Positions 50,942 through 53,627 of a DNA stretch of 53,627 nucleotides are shown here, one piece after another. Within the stretch, counting starts at the first letter, position 1, and the number at the start of each line of letters is the position of its first letter. Source of the DNA: Candidatus Doudnabacteria bacterium (GTDB taxonomy: Bacteria; Patescibacteriota; Doudnabacteria; UBA920). The stretch is from positions 1 through 53,627 of the forward strand of contig CAWBGV010000024.1 of assembly GCA_963788395.1 (NCBI GenBank), read 5' to 3'. The notes beneath the pieces were generated by a model that worked only from the letters and a program-made list of their open reading frames with translations, made no database searches and was not told the origin of the DNA. Position numbers and translations under genes: made by a program.

Positions 50942-52960
50942 TCATCGCGACATGCAACGCCGCGCCGCGGCTCCGCGACAGCGTCGGCGGTGATACCGAA
51001 TTCGCGATACAGCACCTCCGCCGGCGCGGATGCGCCGAAGCCGGTCATGCCGACGAATTCGCCGTCATCGCCGAGCCAGCGCATCCAGTCGCCCTCGACC
51101 GCAGCCTCGACACCGACTCGCGGAGCGCTGCCCAGAACGGCGGTGCGGTATTCGCGCGATTGCCGGCGGAACAGATCGAAACACGGCGCCGAAACCACCG
51201 CCGCGCGGACGTTGTCCTGCGCCAGCAGATCCGCGGCCTTCAGGGCAATCGCGACCTCGGAGCCCGTCGCGATCAGGGTAACGTCGCGGCCCTCGTCCGG
51301 TTCGACCACCACATAGGCGCCATAGCGACACCTGATTGGCGGTTGCATTCGCGTCGCGAAAGGCTGGCAACGCCTGCCGCGACAGACACAGCACCGACGG
51401 ATGGTCTCCGCCCGCAGCGCACAGTCCCAGGCCTCGGCGGTCTCGACGGCGTCGCCGGGCCGAAACACCAGCAGGCCGGGGATCGCCCGCAACGCGGCGA
51501 GATGCTCGACCGGCTGATGGGTCGGCCCGTCCTCGCCGAGCCCGATGGAATCGTGCGTCATCACATGGATGACCCGGATTCCCATCAGCGCCGCAAGCCG
51601 GATCGCCGGACGGCTGTAGTCGGCGAAGGTAAGAAACGTGCCGCCATAGGGAATGAATCCGCCGTGCAGCGCGATGCCGTTCATCGCCGCCGCCATCGCA
51701 TGCTCGCGGACGCCGTAATGAACGTAGTCGCCTTCGAAGAAATCCGGCCGCACCGGTCGCTGCGTCTTGGCGCGGGTCAGATTGGAATGGGTGAGATCGG
51801 CCGAGCCGCCCAGCAGGTTCGGCAAGGCTTCCGCGATCGCGTCGAGCACCAGTTGCGAGGCCTGCCGGGTGGCGATGGCGGGCCGCTCGCGTGCCGAACC
51901 GGGTCCGAAGCTGGTCCATGGCGGCGCTGTAGCCGCCGGGCAGTTTCCGGTTCAGCGCATCGTGAAACGGCGAGCGCCGCGCGAGTGGTGATGAGCGCCG
52001 GGTCCGCTCGATCCAGCTTCGCCGGGCCGCCTGCCCCCGCGCGCCGATCTTGCGCCATTGCTCGGCGCATGGGTCCGGGAATCTCGAATGGCGGATAGGG
52101 CCAGTCCAAGGCGGCGCGGGTGTTGGCGACCTCGTCGGCGCCAAGTGGCGCGCCGTGGGCTTTTTCGCTGCCCTGTCGGTTCGGTGCGCCGAAGCCGATC
52201 ACGGTGCGGCAGGCGATCAGCGTCGGCCGATCGTTGTTGCGCGCGCTCTCGATCGCCGCAGCGATGGCTTCGGGATCGTGCCCGTCGATGCGGCAGGTCG
52301 ACCAGCCCGAGGCCTGGAACCGCGTCAATTGGTCATCCGAACAGCACAGCGAGGTCGATCCGTCGATCGAAATCTGGTTGTCGTCGAACAGCACGATCAG
52401 CCGCTTGAGCCGGAGGTGCCCGGCGAGCGAAATCGCCTCGTGGCTGAGGCCTTCCATCAGGCAGCCGTCGCCCGCGATCACATAGGTATAGTGATCGACG
52501 AGATCGTCGCCGAAGCGGGCGTTCATCAGCCGCTCGGCGAGCGCCATGCCGACCGCGGTCGCGATGCCCTGCCCGAGCGGGCCGGTGGTGGTCTCGACCC
52601 CCGGCGTATGGCCATATTCGGGATGGCCCGGCGTCTTCGACCCCCACTGCCGGAAAGCCCTGAGCTCGTCCAGCGTCACGCCTTCGTAGCCGGTCAGATG
52701 CAACAGCGCATAGAGCAGCATCGAGCCGTGACCGGCGGACAGCACGAAACGGTCGCGATCCGGCCAGGCCGGATCGGCCGGATCGAATTGAGGAAGCGCG
52801 AGAACAGCACGGTGGCGACGTCGGCCATGCCCATCGGCATGCCCGGATGACCCGATTTCGCCTGCTCGACCGCATCGATGGCCAGAAACCGGATCGCGTT
52901 GGCCATTTCGGCATGCGACACATCCGGGCGGTCGCGAGATGTCAGTGCATGAACACTCAT
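50942..52960 (-). CDS. cbbT: Transketolase, frameshifted
   Basis: [52 protein letters not shown]. Confidence 0.95.
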
Positions 52961-53627
52961 ACCGTGCGCCTCTTGCGTTCCATCAGTTGCAGGATCAGGG
53001 GGGTGAGGATGAGCTGCATCGCGAGGTCGAGCTTGGCGCCATGGATCACGATCGAATTGGCGCGTGACATGAAGCTGTTGGGAATCATCGACAGCAGATA
53101 GGGAAAATCGATGCCGCGCGGATTCTTCAGCCGGATCACCACCATCGATTCGTCCGGCGTCGGGATCCAGCGCGCGATGAAGGGATTGGACGTATCCACC
53201 GTCGGCACGCGCTGGAAGTTGATGTCGGTCTCGGCGAACTGCGGACAGATGTAGTTCACGTAATCCGGCATCCGCCGCAGAATGGTATCGGTCACTGCCT
53301 CCTGGCTGTAGCCGCGGTCGCTGCGGTCGCGATGCAGCTTCTCGATCCATTCCAGGTTGATGACGGGGACCACGCCGATCTTGAGATCGGCATGCTGGGC
53401 GATGTTGACCTTCTCGGTGACGACGGCGCCATGGAGACCTTCATAAAATAGCAGGTCTGACTTTTCCGGCAGCGGGCCCCAGTCGGTGAACGTGCCCGGC
53501 TCGCCGCCATACAGTTTGGCCTCATCGTCGTCGTGGACGTAGTGCCGGGTGGTGCCGGTGCCGGATTCGCCGTAATCGCGGAACACCCGCTCGAGCTCCT
53601 CGAACAGATTGGTCTCGGGGCTGAAAT
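52957..53627 (-). CDS. cbbP: Phosphoribulokinase, 5' end outside window
   Basis: [34 protein letters not shown]; ATGA overlap with cbbT. Confidence 0.96.
   Translation of the reverse strand, partial: FSPETNLFEELERVFRDYGESGTGTTRHYVHDDDEAKLYGGEPGTFTDWGPLPEKSDLLFYEGLHGAVVTEKVNIAQHADLKIGVVPVINLEWIEKLHRDRSDRGYSQEAVTDTILRRMPDYVNYICPQFAETDINFQRVPTVDTSNPFIARWIPTPDESMVVIRLKNPRGIDFPYLLSMIPNSFMSRANSIVIHGAKLDLAMQLILTPLILQLMERKRRTV

Overview
About 1-47,930 reads as a Patescibacteria (CPR, plausibly Doudnabacteria-like; inferred from gene content, not tested) chromosome segment from an indel-rich long read or unpolished contig, with frameshifts even in dnaK, cbbL and tkt. From left to right it holds: the right end of a tyrosine-integrase element at a tRNA 3' fragment beside a decayed serine recombinase; a NUDIX/MazG/methyltransferase cassette; the hrcA-grpE-dnaK-dnaJ operon with CIRCE; an S53 peptidase; a type IV pilus cluster; a Cys-to-Ser sortase with an LPRTG surface protein; and a MarR/EmrAB-like efflux operon. 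The most unusual content is a set of foreign-looking, self-contained cassettes, each with its own sigma70 promoter and strong Shine-Dalgarno and mostly its own terminator. They encode two paralogous PEP-CTERM proteins with a shared promoter and leader terminator, an acyltransferase, a GT-C-like protein, a lipase-lipoprotein operon, and a tandemly duplicated bidirectional cassette with conserved N-termini, variable C-termini and CHAP amidases (candidate polymorphic host-envelope effector system). At about 47,935 the sequence switches abruptly to a high-GC alphaproteobacterial Calvin-cycle operon (cbbP-T-A-L-S, form IC RubisCO), most likely a chimeric join.
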